A DNA stretch of 64,000 bases from Oscillospiraceae bacterium (GCA_015069165.1 SVJD01000001.1:57485-121484), one strand, 5' to 3'. Positions 39,687 through 49,604 are shown, numbered from the stretch's first letter. Notes: generated by a model not told the origin, from the sequence alone. Made by a program: numbers and translations.

Positions 39687-41075
39687 TTATGCCTCCTCGA
39701 AAACGATTTTGTTAAGTGCATTCAAATATGCTCTTATACTTGCAGCAATGATATCCGTAGAAGTACCATTACCAGAATAAAGCTTACCGTTATTGCGGAG
39801 TCTTACAAGAGCAGAACCTAAAGCGTCCTTTCCTTCTGTTACAGACTGTACCTGGAAATCATCAAGTTCATAATGATGACCGATGCACTGTTCGATTGCA
39901 CGAAAAGCAGAGTCAACAGGACCTTCACCGTTACTTACACCGCAAATAATTTCACCGTTACATTTTAAAATTACTTGCGACATAGAACTTGATACATTGC
40001 TGCTCGTAGTTGTATATGACTCCAAATGATACGTAGAAGGAGCCTGCATAGCATAACTTGCAATAAGTGCTTCAAATTCTCTTGAACCTATTGCGCCCTT
40101 TTTGTCACACAAATGCTTGAGAGCCTTAAATACATTTCCAACGTCTGAATCAGAAAGTTCATAACCCAATACTTCCGCAGCTTGAGTAACCTGCGCCAAA
40201 GTAGAATCTGAATCAAGTAATATTTTTTTCTTTTCACTTATTTCATTATCGTTTTCATATGCTTCATGGTTAATACGCAAAAGCATATCATCAATACTTG
40301 AATGAATTTTCGTATTGTTTAACTTAATTTCAGCATTAATTTGTCCGCCGCAAGCATTTATTGCATCAGAAATCTCTCCTGTTAAAAGCACATCTTTTCC
40401 AACCATTGCGCATTTAATTCCGTCTGCACCTTTTGAAATTGCAGAAAAAGCAGAAGCAACTGCCATATTTATACGGTCAGAAAGTTTAACGTAAACGGGA
40501 ATGCTTACGGTTGCCTTTACCTTTGCAACTAAAGCAGCAATATCGTCAGGTGTTGAAACCCCTGCTTCGTCACATATTGTAATTGTTTTAGCACCGTTGT
40601 TTTCAGCTTCTTTAACAGCTGAAATAAGAAAATCTTCATCTGCTCTTGTAGCATCAAGTGCAGAAAATTCAACATCATCACAAAGTGTTTTTGCTGCTTT
40701 TGTAAGTTCTGCAATTTTCTCAAGCATTTTCGACTGCTTTATATGATATGTGTATTCCATTTGAATTGTCGAAACGGGCAATTCAACTTGAAGTCCGGGC
40801 TTTTTTGCATCTTTTACACATCCCCACGCAGATGTAACATCTTCTGTATTATATCCTACCGGTATTGTTAAAGCCGCATTTTGTATATTTTGAGCAATTG
40901 TTTTATAAATAATAGTATCTTCTCGAAGTGATTTTACCGCCGGAAGTTCGATGGCATCAACACCAATTGTATCTGCACAGTTAGCGATAGCGGATTTTTC
41001 ACGGAATAGCAAATTAAGTGCACGCTCCTCTGCGAGCTTTTTAAGCGTAATGTCCGTAACAATGATTCTTTTCAT
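39687..41075 (-). CDS. LeuA/HMGL-family homologue with degenerate catalytic motifs and intact LeuA C-terminal regulatory domain
   Basis: DTTLRDGEQ is replaced by DITLKKLAEE. The HxH(N)D metal site is replaced by KLSDRINMAVASAF. The C-terminus GEGPVDSAFRAIEQ...GKDALGSALV...GTSTDIIAASIRAYLNALNKI aligns with the allosteric domain of LeuA. It is the first gene after T-box leader 1. Confidence 0.6.
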   Translation of the reverse strand: MKRIIVTDITLKKLAEERALNLLFREKSAIANCADTIGVDAIELPAVKSLREDTIIYKTIAQNIQNAALTIPVGYNTEDVTSAWGCVKDAKKPGLQVELPVSTIQMEYTYHIKQSKMLEKIAELTKAAKTLCDDVEFSALDATRADEDFLISAVKEAENNGAKTITICDEAGVSTPDDIAALVAKVKATVSIPVYVKLSDRINMAVASAFSAISKGADGIKCAMVGKDVLLTGEISDAINACGGQINAEIKLNNTKIHSSIDDMLLRINHEAYENDNEISEKKKILLDSDSTLAQVTQAAEVLGYELSDSDVGNVFKALKHLCDKKGAIGSREFEALIASYAMQAPSTYHLESYTTTSSNVSSSMSQVILKCNGEIICGVSNGEGPVDSAFRAIEQCIGHHYELDDFQVQSVTEGKDALGSALVRLRNNGKLYSGNGTSTDIIAASIRAYLNALNKIVFEEA

Positions 41076-41398
41076 TTTTGAAAACCCCTTTCAAATTGTG
41101 TAAATATAATAAATTTTTGTAACAAAAAAACGTTTCCATCTCGTTGTTACTACAAAGAGACGAAAACGTTAAAAAAAACTAAATTTCCGCGGTACCACTC
41201 TTCTTCATCCAAAACAGGATGCACCTTAGATGCTATCACATCTTAACTCTGTTACGGGAGTTCCCGTCTGCCACTACTTAAACTTTCATGTCAGCCGCTC
41301 CGCGGTGAGTTCAGCAAAATTCTCACAGTGTCTTGCACCATCCGACACCTCTCTGTTAGTAAAGCATATTGCATACTACTCCGCATCTTCGCGTTTAC
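41076..41398 (-). promoter_or_regulatory. T-box riboswitch leader (with promoter TTGACA at 41429-41434 and intrinsic terminator about 41121-41170)
   Basis: On the minus strand the AGAGAGG GA-motif is followed by the T-box sequence AGAGTGGTACCGCGG (plus-strand CCGCGGTACCACT at 41187-41199). After that comes a 14-bp terminator helix AACGTTTTCGTCTC/GAGATGGAAACGTT plus U7, and then an AAAGGGG ribosome-binding site. Confidence 0.7.
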
Positions 41399-41441
41399 TT
41401 GACACAGAATATCATTTTTTATTTGTATTGTCAATAAAAAA

Positions 41442-41873
41442 TTACAATTTACATACATCAGCTTCCGTTACAATTTTAAAACCTGCATTCGAAAGAACGT
41501 TTTCTGCGGCTTTGTTATCTTCTACACGGACAACAACGTAAGCGTGTTTTTCAGTACGGGTCATAAAAGCGTACAAATATTCCATATTGATTTTGTTTTC
41601 ATCAAGAACTTTCAATGCCTCAGAAAGTTTGCCGGGTTCATCACTGATTTTTACACCGACAACATCGGTTATCTTTATAAGATATCCTGCTTCATTAAGA
41701 ATTCTTTCGGCCATTGTCTCATTGTCAACAATCAAACGCAAAATACCAAACTCCTGAGTTTCTGCAATTGAAAGTGCTCTGAGATTAATATTGTGTTTTG
41801 AAAGAGTTTCTGTAATTGAAACTATTGATCCTTGTTTGTTTTCAACAAATACAGTTAATTGCTTAATTGCCAT
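41442..41873 (-). CDS. ACT-domain protein (pairs with PaaK-like ligase)
   Basis: The 143-aa protein has two ACT-like halves. Confidence 0.55.
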   Translation of the reverse strand: MAIKQLTVFVENKQGSIVSITETLSKHNINLRALSIAETQEFGILRLIVDNETMAERILNEAGYLIKITDVVGVKISDEPGKLSEALKVLDENKINMEYLYAFMTRTEKHAYVVVRVEDNKAAENVLSNAGFKIVTEADVCKL

Positions 41874-41894
41874 AATAAATTCCCCTTTCTGATA

Positions 41895-43202
41895 TTACAC
41901 AAGTTTTCTCTTATCAATAACGCGGACAGCTTTACCTTCACTTCTTGCAATGCTTTTCGGTGCTACAAGATGAACAGCAGGATTGATGCCGAGCATGGCT
42001 TTCATTGCATTTGCAAGAGCTTTTTCCATAGAAAGAATTTCGCTGAGTTTATCGGTGAACTTTTCAGGTGTCATTTCAACGTTAACTTCAAATGTATCGG
42101 TATTTTTAACACGGTCTACAACAATCTGATAGTTTGGCTGATAACCTTCACTTAAAAGAACTGTTTCTATTTGACTCGGGAATACATTAACTCCGCGAAT
42201 AATAAGCATGTCATCTGTTCTTCCCATAGGTTTTGCCATTTTCACAAGAGTTCTGCCACAAGAACACTTTTTACGTGAAAGAACACAAATATCACGTGTG
42301 CGGTAACGCAAAAGCGGAAACGCTTCCTTATCGAGTGAAGTGAACACAAGCTCACCTTTACTTCCTTCGGGAAGTACTTCACCTGTATCAGGATCGATAA
42401 TCTCGGCATAGAAGTGGTCTTCATTTATATGCATGCCTGTTTGCTCGCTACACTCAAATGCAACTCCCGGACCGGTTGTTTCCGTCAGACCGTATATATC
42501 GTAAGCTTTAATTCCGAGTGTTTCTTCAATACTGCGGCGCATTTCCTCTGTCCAAGGCTCTGCACCGAAAATTCCAGCTTTTAGCGGAATATCTTCAGGT
42601 TTATATCCTTGCTCTTTCAATGTTTCACCGATATAAGCGGCATAAGATGGTGTACAGCAAATAATTGATGCACTAAGATCCATCATGAACTGGATTTGTC
42701 TTTCTGTATTACCTGATGACATAGGAAGTGTCAAACAACCAACCTTATGTGAGCCACCGTTAAGACCGGGACCTCCTGTGAATAAGCCGTAACCGTATGC
42801 AACCTGACAAACATCTTTTTTAGTTCCGCCTGCTGCAGTAATTGCACGTGCGCAACAATCTTCCCAAAGGTCAATATCGTGTTGTGTGTAAAAAGCAACA
42901 ACACGTCTGCCTGTTGTACCTGATGTTGACTGAATACGAACACAATCCTCAAGGGGTTTTGCTAAAAGTCCATATGGATATGCATCTCTCAAATCGGCTT
43001 TTGAGATAAACGGAAGTTTGTGCAAGTCATCAATACCTTTGATATCTTCAGGTTTTACACCTTTCTCGTCCATAAGATTACGGTAATACGGTACATTTTC
43101 ATATACGTGTTTTACCTGCTTAACGAGTTTTTCTGATTGAAGTTTTTTCATATCTTCAATCGGCATTGTTTCAATTTCTTTTTGATAATAGTTTTGTGCC
43201 AT
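41895..43202 (-). CDS. Phenylacetate-CoA ligase family (PaaK-like aryl-CoA ligase)
   Basis: The protein is PaaK-like throughout (QSTSGTTGRRVV, YGLTE). The start was trimmed to MAQNYYQKEIETM, which has an AGGGTGG ribosome-binding site. Confidence 0.7.
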   Translation of the reverse strand: MAQNYYQKEIETMPIEDMKKLQSEKLVKQVKHVYENVPYYRNLMDEKGVKPEDIKGIDDLHKLPFISKADLRDAYPYGLLAKPLEDCVRIQSTSGTTGRRVVAFYTQHDIDLWEDCCARAITAAGGTKKDVCQVAYGYGLFTGGPGLNGGSHKVGCLTLPMSSGNTERQIQFMMDLSASIICCTPSYAAYIGETLKEQGYKPEDIPLKAGIFGAEPWTEEMRRSIEETLGIKAYDIYGLTETTGPGVAFECSEQTGMHINEDHFYAEIIDPDTGEVLPEGSKGELVFTSLDKEAFPLLRYRTRDICVLSRKKCSCGRTLVKMAKPMGRTDDMLIIRGVNVFPSQIETVLLSEGYQPNYQIVVDRVKNTDTFEVNVEMTPEKFTDKLSEILSMEKALANAMKAMLGINPAVHLVAPKSIARSEGKAVRVIDKRKLV

Positions 43203-43565
43203 TTTGACCACCCTTTCTTTTTGCTTACGGAGTGAGAAAAGCAATAAAAAACGCCCTCCGCATTCCGATAAAGAATACAGAGGACGAGAAAATCAATAAT
43301 CCCGTGGTACCACCTCAGTTCGCTGTCATCTCACAACAACAGCCTTGTCAGGTACTATCATACCTTAGTTCTATAACGGGAACACCCGTTGCATCCTACT
43401 TAAGAAAAAAACTTGTTCAGCGCACTGCTAACAGAATGAATTCGAGAAGGACGTAAACTTTGCCTCGCACCAACCGGCAACTCTCTCCAGAATCGTTCCG
43501 ACCTACTGGTTTCTGATCATCGCATTTAGTTTCAATTACACACAAAAGTTAAACACAACTTTCAT
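43203..43565 (-). promoter_or_regulatory. T-box riboswitch leader 2 (promoter TTGACT...TATATAAT at about 43571-43610 on the minus strand)
   Basis: On the minus strand a short Stem I (AGAGAG, UUGCC, loop, GGCAA, AGUUUACGU) is followed by the T-box GAGGTGGTACCACGGG (plus-strand CCCGTGGTACCACCTC at 43301-43316). Then comes a terminator CGTCCTCTG...CGGAGGGCG plus U6, about 35 nt before the start codon. Confidence 0.65.
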
Positions 43566-43611
43566 GTGTTGACATTATATATCACTCAAATAAAAAAAGT
43601 CAATATATTTT

Positions 43612-44364
43612 TTAAAACTTACCGCTTCTGCCGCCGTGAGACCTTCCCGACGAAGAAGTATGGGAACTTGAATTATTTTTCGGTTTCGCAGTTCGGGTTA
43701 CATGACTGTATAAATATACATCACGGCTTTCTGCAACCGCAAAGCTGTTCTCTTTCATATAGGCTCCCGAATATATCTGTTTTCGAACACTTTTAAGTTT
43801 ACTTTTCATAACAGATACAACAATAAGCGATATAACAAAGCCCACAACAACGGAAAAGAACAGATTTGAAATAAACGGAAATGTGTTATAATCAACTATG
43901 TATTCTTCTGTGATGTTTATAAATGACGTAAACGCAGAATAATAATCACCTGCAGACAAGTAAGGAATACATATTTCTTCGATCTCATCTAACGCAATAT
44001 CATCGATTATGTTTTCGCCGCTGCCGCAAGTTGAAACAGTCCATTCACTATCAGCCATATTCACAACAAATATTACACCGTCAAAATCGTTTCCGTAGCC
44101 GTAACCGTTATCATCATAAAAATCATCTGCGAAGCTTTCAATTGAGCTGTAATCCGCATAATCTACGGTTAAAATAGCTATATCAAACTCATTTTCTTCA
44201 CTTTTCGAATCCAAAATTGAAATAATCTCTTTTTCTTGTGAATCCGTAAGCAAATCAGCATCATCTATAAGCCTTGGCATTTTAGCGGCAAGTGATGTAA
44301 ATGATGAAAAAAGTACAAGTAAAAAAGTAATTAAACAAGCAGTAAAAATCTTATATTTTCGCAT
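43612..44364 (-). CDS. TPM-domain (TLP18.3/Psb32-like phosphatase) membrane protein, YdjH-like
   Basis: A signal peptide, a TPM core, a C-terminal transmembrane segment and a Gly/Ser/Arg tail are present. Confidence 0.5.
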   Translation of the reverse strand: MRKYKIFTACLITFLLVLFSSFTSLAAKMPRLIDDADLLTDSQEKEIISILDSKSEENEFDIAILTVDYADYSSIESFADDFYDDNGYGYGNDFDGVIFVVNMADSEWTVSTCGSGENIIDDIALDEIEEICIPYLSAGDYYSAFTSFINITEEYIVDYNTFPFISNLFFSVVVGFVISLIVVSVMKSKLKSVRKQIYSGAYMKENSFAVAESRDVYLYSHVTRTAKPKNNSSSHTSSSGRSHGGRSGKF

Positions 44365-44377
44365 TTACAACACCTCC

Positions 44378-45463
44378 TCACAAAAGCCACAACAAGAATG
44401 AAAGAACAAACGCAGCAGCAGAAAAAATCCCTGCTAATCCGAAAAGATATTTTCGGTAAGCCTTTTTATCCACAGGCAAATCCCCAACAAATTTTCCGGT
44501 TTGACCATTCATTGCAAAAACATATTTTTGTCCGTTCCAGGAAGTATTCAAAAGCCATACAGGATAAAGCGCGTATTTCGCCTTACCGTTTTTTAATTTG
44601 ATGTTTGAATATTCCGGCAAAACCGTATTATATCCGTGTACGGTTTCTGCAAAACTCTGTTCTGTGCTGTTTTTTATACGCTGATTTGCACGCTCAACAC
44701 TCGTTTGGGCATCAACATCATATTTATCGGCAAAAAATCCCGAAAGATATGCTGTCTTAAAATCAACAGCTTCACTGAAATCATAAGGTTCTATTGATTC
44801 CATAAGATTGTCTTCCATTTTTGTTGAGCCATCAACAGGCACACGAGAAAAACCTATAGAACCGCTTCTGAAAATCGAAAAATAACTGGTTTTAGTGTAA
44901 TTATAATTCGAATCACTCCACATATGTATTTTTGTACCGCGATATCTGATTGAAGCGTCAGCATCAGCATCAAAAAGCCAAAACGGAACGTAAACACCTT
45001 TAATTTCATCGATATGGTTTTCGTCTTTGAAAACTTTAGGAAGTAAACGCTTACCTTTTGTGTGCTCAATCATAGCCTTTTTAGCATCTTCTTTACTCTT
45101 TTTGAAAGGTATAACATAATCAGGCTTTAACATTCCCGAAAGCTTTCCCACCATTACAACAGGATTATCGCAATAGGGACAGAATGTCGCTGCAACATTT
45201 TCGTCACCCACAATTTCGCCGCCGCAAGATTTACACACGTAAGTTACAAGTCCGTCTGTCTCGGATGATTCCCATTCGCCGCCGGCTTCTGTTTCCCAAT
45301 TCATTTCATCAGGTGTATCGTTTTTAAGTTCTTCTTCGTATCCTTTTATTGCCTCTACATCAAACTCAGTATCACAGTAAGGGCACTGCATTTTCTGTAA
45401 TTCTGAATTGAACTCAATGGAACCTCCGCAACAAGGACATTTAAACTCTTGTAATTCAGCCAT
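44378..45463 (-). CDS. Zinc-ribbon protein with C-terminal TM anchor, YdjG-like
   Basis: Three CxxC...CxxC ribbons (CPCCGG, CPYCDT, CKSCGG...CPYCDN) and a C-terminal transmembrane segment are present. Confidence 0.45.
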   Translation of the reverse strand: MAELQEFKCPCCGGSIEFNSELQKMQCPYCDTEFDVEAIKGYEEELKNDTPDEMNWETEAGGEWESSETDGLVTYVCKSCGGEIVGDENVAATFCPYCDNPVVMVGKLSGMLKPDYVIPFKKSKEDAKKAMIEHTKGKRLLPKVFKDENHIDEIKGVYVPFWLFDADADASIRYRGTKIHMWSDSNYNYTKTSYFSIFRSGSIGFSRVPVDGSTKMEDNLMESIEPYDFSEAVDFKTAYLSGFFADKYDVDAQTSVERANQRIKNSTEQSFAETVHGYNTVLPEYSNIKLKNGKAKYALYPVWLLNTSWNGQKYVFAMNGQTGKFVGDLPVDKKAYRKYLFGLAGIFSAAAFVLSFLLWLL

Positions 45464-45465
45464 AA

Positions 45466-46782
45466 TTATTTGATATCTCCATTGTCAAAAACATCTCCGC
45501 ATTCAGGGCAGAATTTCGGAGGCTTTGTAGGGTCTGCAGGCTCCCAACCGCATTTGTCACATTTGTATTGAGGTATTCCCGCAGGTTTCTTTGCTCCGCA
45601 ATTTTCACAGAATTTACCTTTATTGGCAAAACCGCAAGTACAAGTCCATGAATTATCAGGCTTTTTAGCTCCGCATTCCGGACAGAAATTGCCGGATGCT
45701 TCATATCCGCACGCACATTTCCAAGTATTTGAGCTTTCATTTGCCTTATGTGATTCTTTTTCAGCCTGCTTTTGTTGCTGACCCATTGTAAATAAATTTT
45801 GTGTATTTGTACCGCCGGCATTCATAGCCATTCCCATTCCCATAAAACCGGTCATTGCGCCTGCACTGTTACCTGCAGCTGTCTTCATAGCATCAGCTTG
45901 TGCACCAACAAGTGTGGCAGCTGCCATTGTGGGATCTTTATACATTGCAGCTTTTTGTGCTTGTTTAATAAGCTCTGCTTCATCTTCCGGAAGTGTTATA
46001 GGATTAAGGGCAACTGAAACAACAGTTAAACCTCTTAATTCTTTCCACTTTTTAGAAAGAATTTCATTCATTGCAAGCTCAATATCAGCATTATGGTTTG
46101 ATATCTGATTGGGTCTGATTTCCATTTCTGAAAGTTTACCCATTGCAGGTGCAAGTGCGCTTATAAATTCAGTCTTTAATTGTTTATCAATTTCTTCGCG
46201 AGTATAATCATCTTCAATATTACCGCATACATTTGTATAGAATAAGAGCGGGTCTGTAATTCTGTACGAATACAATCCTGAACATCTTACGGAAACATCA
46301 ATGTCGAGTCCGATTTTGCTATCAACAACTCTGAACGGAATCGGATTAGGTGTACCGAATTTATTGTCAAGAAGTTCTTTTGTGTTGAAATAATAAACTC
46401 TCTGGTCTTTTCCTGTATCGCCGCCGTAAGTAAAACGCTTACCGATTGTTTTAAATGTTTCTATAATCGAGGTACCCAAACTACCGGCAAAAATGCTTGG
46501 TTCAGTAGAACTGTTATAAGTAAATTCTCCCGGTTCTGCACAAACTTCAACTACTTTGCCTTGCTCTACAATTATCATACATTGCCCGTCAGCAACGGCT
46601 ATGCCCGAACCGTTTGAAATTACATTGTCGCTTCCTTTCGTGTTGGAAGAACGTCCTGAAATCCTTTTTTGTCCTTTTGTTGCGAGTACATTTGCATCTA
46701 ATGAATCACAATAGAAAAATTCTTTCCATTGGTCTGCGAGTGTACTGCCTAATGCTCCGATTCCTGCTTTAATTAAACCCAT
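45466..46782 (-). CDS. SPFH (band-7/virion-core-like) domain protein with C-terminal zinc ribbons, YdjI-like
   Basis: The N-terminus MGLIKAGIGALGSTLADQWKEFFYCD and the following region are SPFH-like. The C-terminus has four CxxC pairs (CACGYE..CPECG, CTCGF..CENCG, CDKCG..CPECG). Confidence 0.5.
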   Translation of the reverse strand: MGLIKAGIGALGSTLADQWKEFFYCDSLDANVLATKGQKRISGRSSNTKGSDNVISNGSGIAVADGQCMIIVEQGKVVEVCAEPGEFTYNSSTEPSIFAGSLGTSIIETFKTIGKRFTYGGDTGKDQRVYYFNTKELLDNKFGTPNPIPFRVVDSKIGLDIDVSVRCSGLYSYRITDPLLFYTNVCGNIEDDYTREEIDKQLKTEFISALAPAMGKLSEMEIRPNQISNHNADIELAMNEILSKKWKELRGLTVVSVALNPITLPEDEAELIKQAQKAAMYKDPTMAAATLVGAQADAMKTAAGNSAGAMTGFMGMGMAMNAGGTNTQNLFTMGQQQKQAEKESHKANESSNTWKCACGYEASGNFCPECGAKKPDNSWTCTCGFANKGKFCENCGAKKPAGIPQYKCDKCGWEPADPTKPPKFCPECGDVFDNGDIK

Positions 46783-46813
46783 AACAAATTATCTCCTTTA
46801 ATTTTATAATGTA

Positions 46814-47539
46814 TCAAAGTACTTTTGATAAAAAGTCTTTCGTTCTTTCGTGTTGAGGATTATCAAAAATAGCTTCAGGTGATCCTTGTTCTATTATTTT
46901 TCCCTCATCAATAAACAATACTCTGTTTGCTACTTCTTTTGCAAATCCCATTTCATGCGTAACAACCACCATCGTCATTCCTTCATCGGCAAGCTCATGC
47001 ATAAGAGAAAGAACTTCACCTACCATTTCAGGGTCGAGAGCACTCGTTGGTTCGTCAAAAAGCATAACTTCAGGATTCATCGCAAGAGCTCTTACAATTG
47101 CAACTCTTTGTTTCTGACCGCCGGAAATCATTCCGGGATATGCATTTACTTTATCTGCCAAACCAATTCTTTTTAACAGTCTGTTGGCGTTTTCTTGCGC
47201 TTCTTCTTTTGATTGAAGCTTTAATTTTATAGGTGCAAAAGAAATGTTGTCAAGAATTGTCATGTGAGGAAACAAATTGAAATGTTGAAAAACCATTCCC
47301 ATATTTGTTCTCACTCTGTTAATATCAATTTTAGATGAAGTTATTTCTTCATCCTTAAAAAATATCTTTCCGCTTGTAGGTGTTTCAAGAAGATTCAAAC
47401 AACGAAGAAATGTACTTTTTCCGGAGCCGGAAGGTCCGATTATTACCACTTTTTCCTTTTTATTTATATTTTCTGTAATGCCGTTTAATACTAACTTTTT
47501 ACCATCAAAAGATTTTACAAGATTTTCAGTTCTTATCAC
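46814..47539 (-). CDS. Polar amino-acid ABC transporter ATP-binding protein
   Basis: Walker A is GPSGSGKST, the signature motif is [15 protein letters not shown], and the Walker B region is [10 protein letters not shown]. Confidence 0.85.
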   Translation of the reverse strand: MIRTENLVKSFDGKKLVLNGITENINKKEKVVIIGPSGSGKSTFLRCLNLLETPTSGKIFFKDEEITSSKIDINRVRTNMGMVFQHFNLFPHMTILDNISFAPIKLKLQSKEEAQENANRLLKRIGLADKVNAYPGMISGGQKQRVAIVRALAMNPEVMLFDEPTSALDPEMVGEVLSLMHELADEGMTMVVVTHEMGFAKEVANRVLFIDEGKIIEQGSPEAIFDNPQHERTKDFLSKVL

Positions 47540-49604
47540 TCTTACTCAACCTCTTTTCAAAATATTTAAACAATGCAGACAATCCGAATACCAATACAAA
47601 GTAAACAGCAGCAACAAATATCAATGTAAAAAATGCATCAGCTGTTCGGCTTCTTATAAGTTCTCCGGCACGAGTAAGATCTACAACACCAAGATATCCG
47701 ATAACGGAAGTTTCTTTAAGCAGTGCAATAAACTCATTTCCCAAAGCAGGCAGAATATTCTTTAACGCCTGCGGTAAAACGATACTCTTCATTGTTGTAA
47801 ATTGCGACAATCCCAATGAGCGTCCTGCTTCTGTCTGTCCCTTATCTACTGAATTAATTCCGGCTCTTATGATCTCTGATATGTAAGCACCTGAATTTAT
47901 ACTGAAAGCAAAAATTCCTATCATTACCGCTTCGTCAGAGAAAACAAATATTACGTTATATGTAATCAACAACTGAACTACCACAGGTGTTCCTCGTATA
48001 ATTGCGGTGTAAGCTTCTGCAATGAAATTAAAGAAACTTAAAATCAAATTTCTTTTCTTTGAAAGAACACTTTGATGATGTACAACCTTTATTACCGCAA
48101 TAATAATTCCGATAAACACGCCGAATAATGTAGCAGCAGCGGCAACCAAAAGTGTATTTCCGAGACCGGTTAAAAAGAGTTGGTAACGATTATCTTTTAT
48201 GAATGTTTTTGTAATCATCTCTTTAAAATAATCAATTGTTCCGGCAATGAAACCTTTGTCCTCGTCTTTTTTTACATCTGTATTTTCCGGTGTTTGCGAA
48301 GTTTTAAAGAGATTTTGCAACCTGATCTTGCTGATTCCCGTAAGTTCCGGAGCCTTATTGAAAAGACCATCCTCAGCACTGTACACAACAGGAATAATAC
48401 AGCTGTCTTGTGAAGCATTTTTAAGTTCCGTTGCTTTTGTTATAAAATCGACATCTGCTTTCCAAAGGGCTTCTTGTGAGTTTTTCCATGCTTCGTCATT
48501 ATTTTTATCAACAAGCAATATACCTTCTTCAAGTGCTGCTTCTGCCCAAATTTCAGGAAGCTGACCATCTCTGAATGTTATAACATTCCAGTTGAATTCC
48601 TTAAAATATTTAAACAATGAAGTTATCCATTCTTTATTCCAAGTATATCCTATATTCTTTTCGTTTGCGAAGAATTCAGAAACAACTATATCCATTCCGT
48701 ATTTGTAACCATCAGTATTAAACAGTCCTTCCTGCATCATAGCAAAAGGTATTTCGACGGAATCTCCGGATACTGTTATGCTTGCAGTATAGACATACGG
48801 TTTATTTGCCGACCAAGCAGTCTTTTCAGAAAAGTCTTCTATTGTTATACCTGTTACTGTAGCAGTTGTATTGCAATTTTCAAGGACATCGACATCTTTA
48901 AGCTCATAAGTTCCCTTTATGTTTGCATCGGCATCGTAGATTTTCACAAATACATCTGTTTTCAGTGCACTGTTTCGGGCATTATAAAGACTGATTTCGA
49001 AGGAAACAGAAGATTCTGTGATATTTGTTGAAATTTCAGCAGAAGTAATAACAGGTGCATTTGAAAAAACAAGTTTTATTTTATCAACGAAATGATATTT
49101 ATTAGGCTTTTCAGGTAAAATTTCTTTAACAAGAACGACAGTATTCTCGCCGATTTTAAAGAATGACGAAAGGTTGTCTGTGTCAACTTTCATATCGTTT
49201 ACATAGACAGCTTTAACGCTTTCTCCTACCCCAAAATCCAATATAACAGATTCTTGCGGTTTATTTGCAAGTGAAAACTTCTTTGCATACCATATAAGTG
49301 AGCCTTCACCCTTTGTTAGGTCTTCTGAAAGCGCAGTATACGAAGGAATCATCAGCTCTTTGTCAAAAGTTATGTCTTTCGGCAAAGTATCAGGTAATTC
49401 TCCTTCAAAAAGTGCGGTCGACGTCCAATTCCATGTTCCGTCTAAATCCAAAGTTTCACGGTTGTTTCCGATGAAATATTCGGAAGACGCAGTTTCTTGT
49501 GATGCGCAAACGCAAGTAAATACATTACATAAAACTAAAATTACGCACAGAAACAGTAGTAATAATTTGCGGCATTTAATGCGTTGTTCAGTAGTTCTTT
49601 TCAT
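47526..49604 (-). CDS. Fusion: large extracellular GH2-like/sugar-binding-like domain plus polar amino-acid ABC permease
   Basis: After the signal peptide there are about 450 aa with jelly-roll/Ig-like features (LDGTWNW..., repeated beta-rich segments). The C-terminal ~220 aa form a His/Gln-type permease carrying the EAA-like motif [22 protein letters not shown]. The start was trimmed to MKRTTEQ, which has a GAGGA ribosome-binding site. Confidence 0.55.
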   Translation of the reverse strand: MKRTTEQRIKCRKLLLLFLCVILVLCNVFTCVCASQETASSEYFIGNNRETLDLDGTWNWTSTALFEGELPDTLPKDITFDKELMIPSYTALSEDLTKGEGSLIWYAKKFSLANKPQESVILDFGVGESVKAVYVNDMKVDTDNLSSFFKIGENTVVLVKEILPEKPNKYHFVDKIKLVFSNAPVITSAEISTNITESSVSFEISLYNARNSALKTDVFVKIYDADANIKGTYELKDVDVLENCNTTATVTGITIEDFSEKTAWSANKPYVYTASITVSGDSVEIPFAMMQEGLFNTDGYKYGMDIVVSEFFANEKNIGYTWNKEWITSLFKYFKEFNWNVITFRDGQLPEIWAEAALEEGILLVDKNNDEAWKNSQEALWKADVDFITKATELKNASQDSCIIPVVYSAEDGLFNKAPELTGISKIRLQNLFKTSQTPENTDVKKDEDKGFIAGTIDYFKEMITKTFIKDNRYQLFLTGLGNTLLVAAAATLFGVFIGIIIAVIKVVHHQSVLSKKRNLILSFFNFIAEAYTAIIRGTPVVVQLLITYNVIFVFSDEAVMIGIFAFSINSGAYISEIIRAGINSVDKGQTEAGRSLGLSQFTTMKSIVLPQALKNILPALGNEFIALLKETSVIGYLGVVDLTRAGELIRSRTADAFFTLIFVAAVYFVLVFGLSALFKYFEKRLSKSDKN

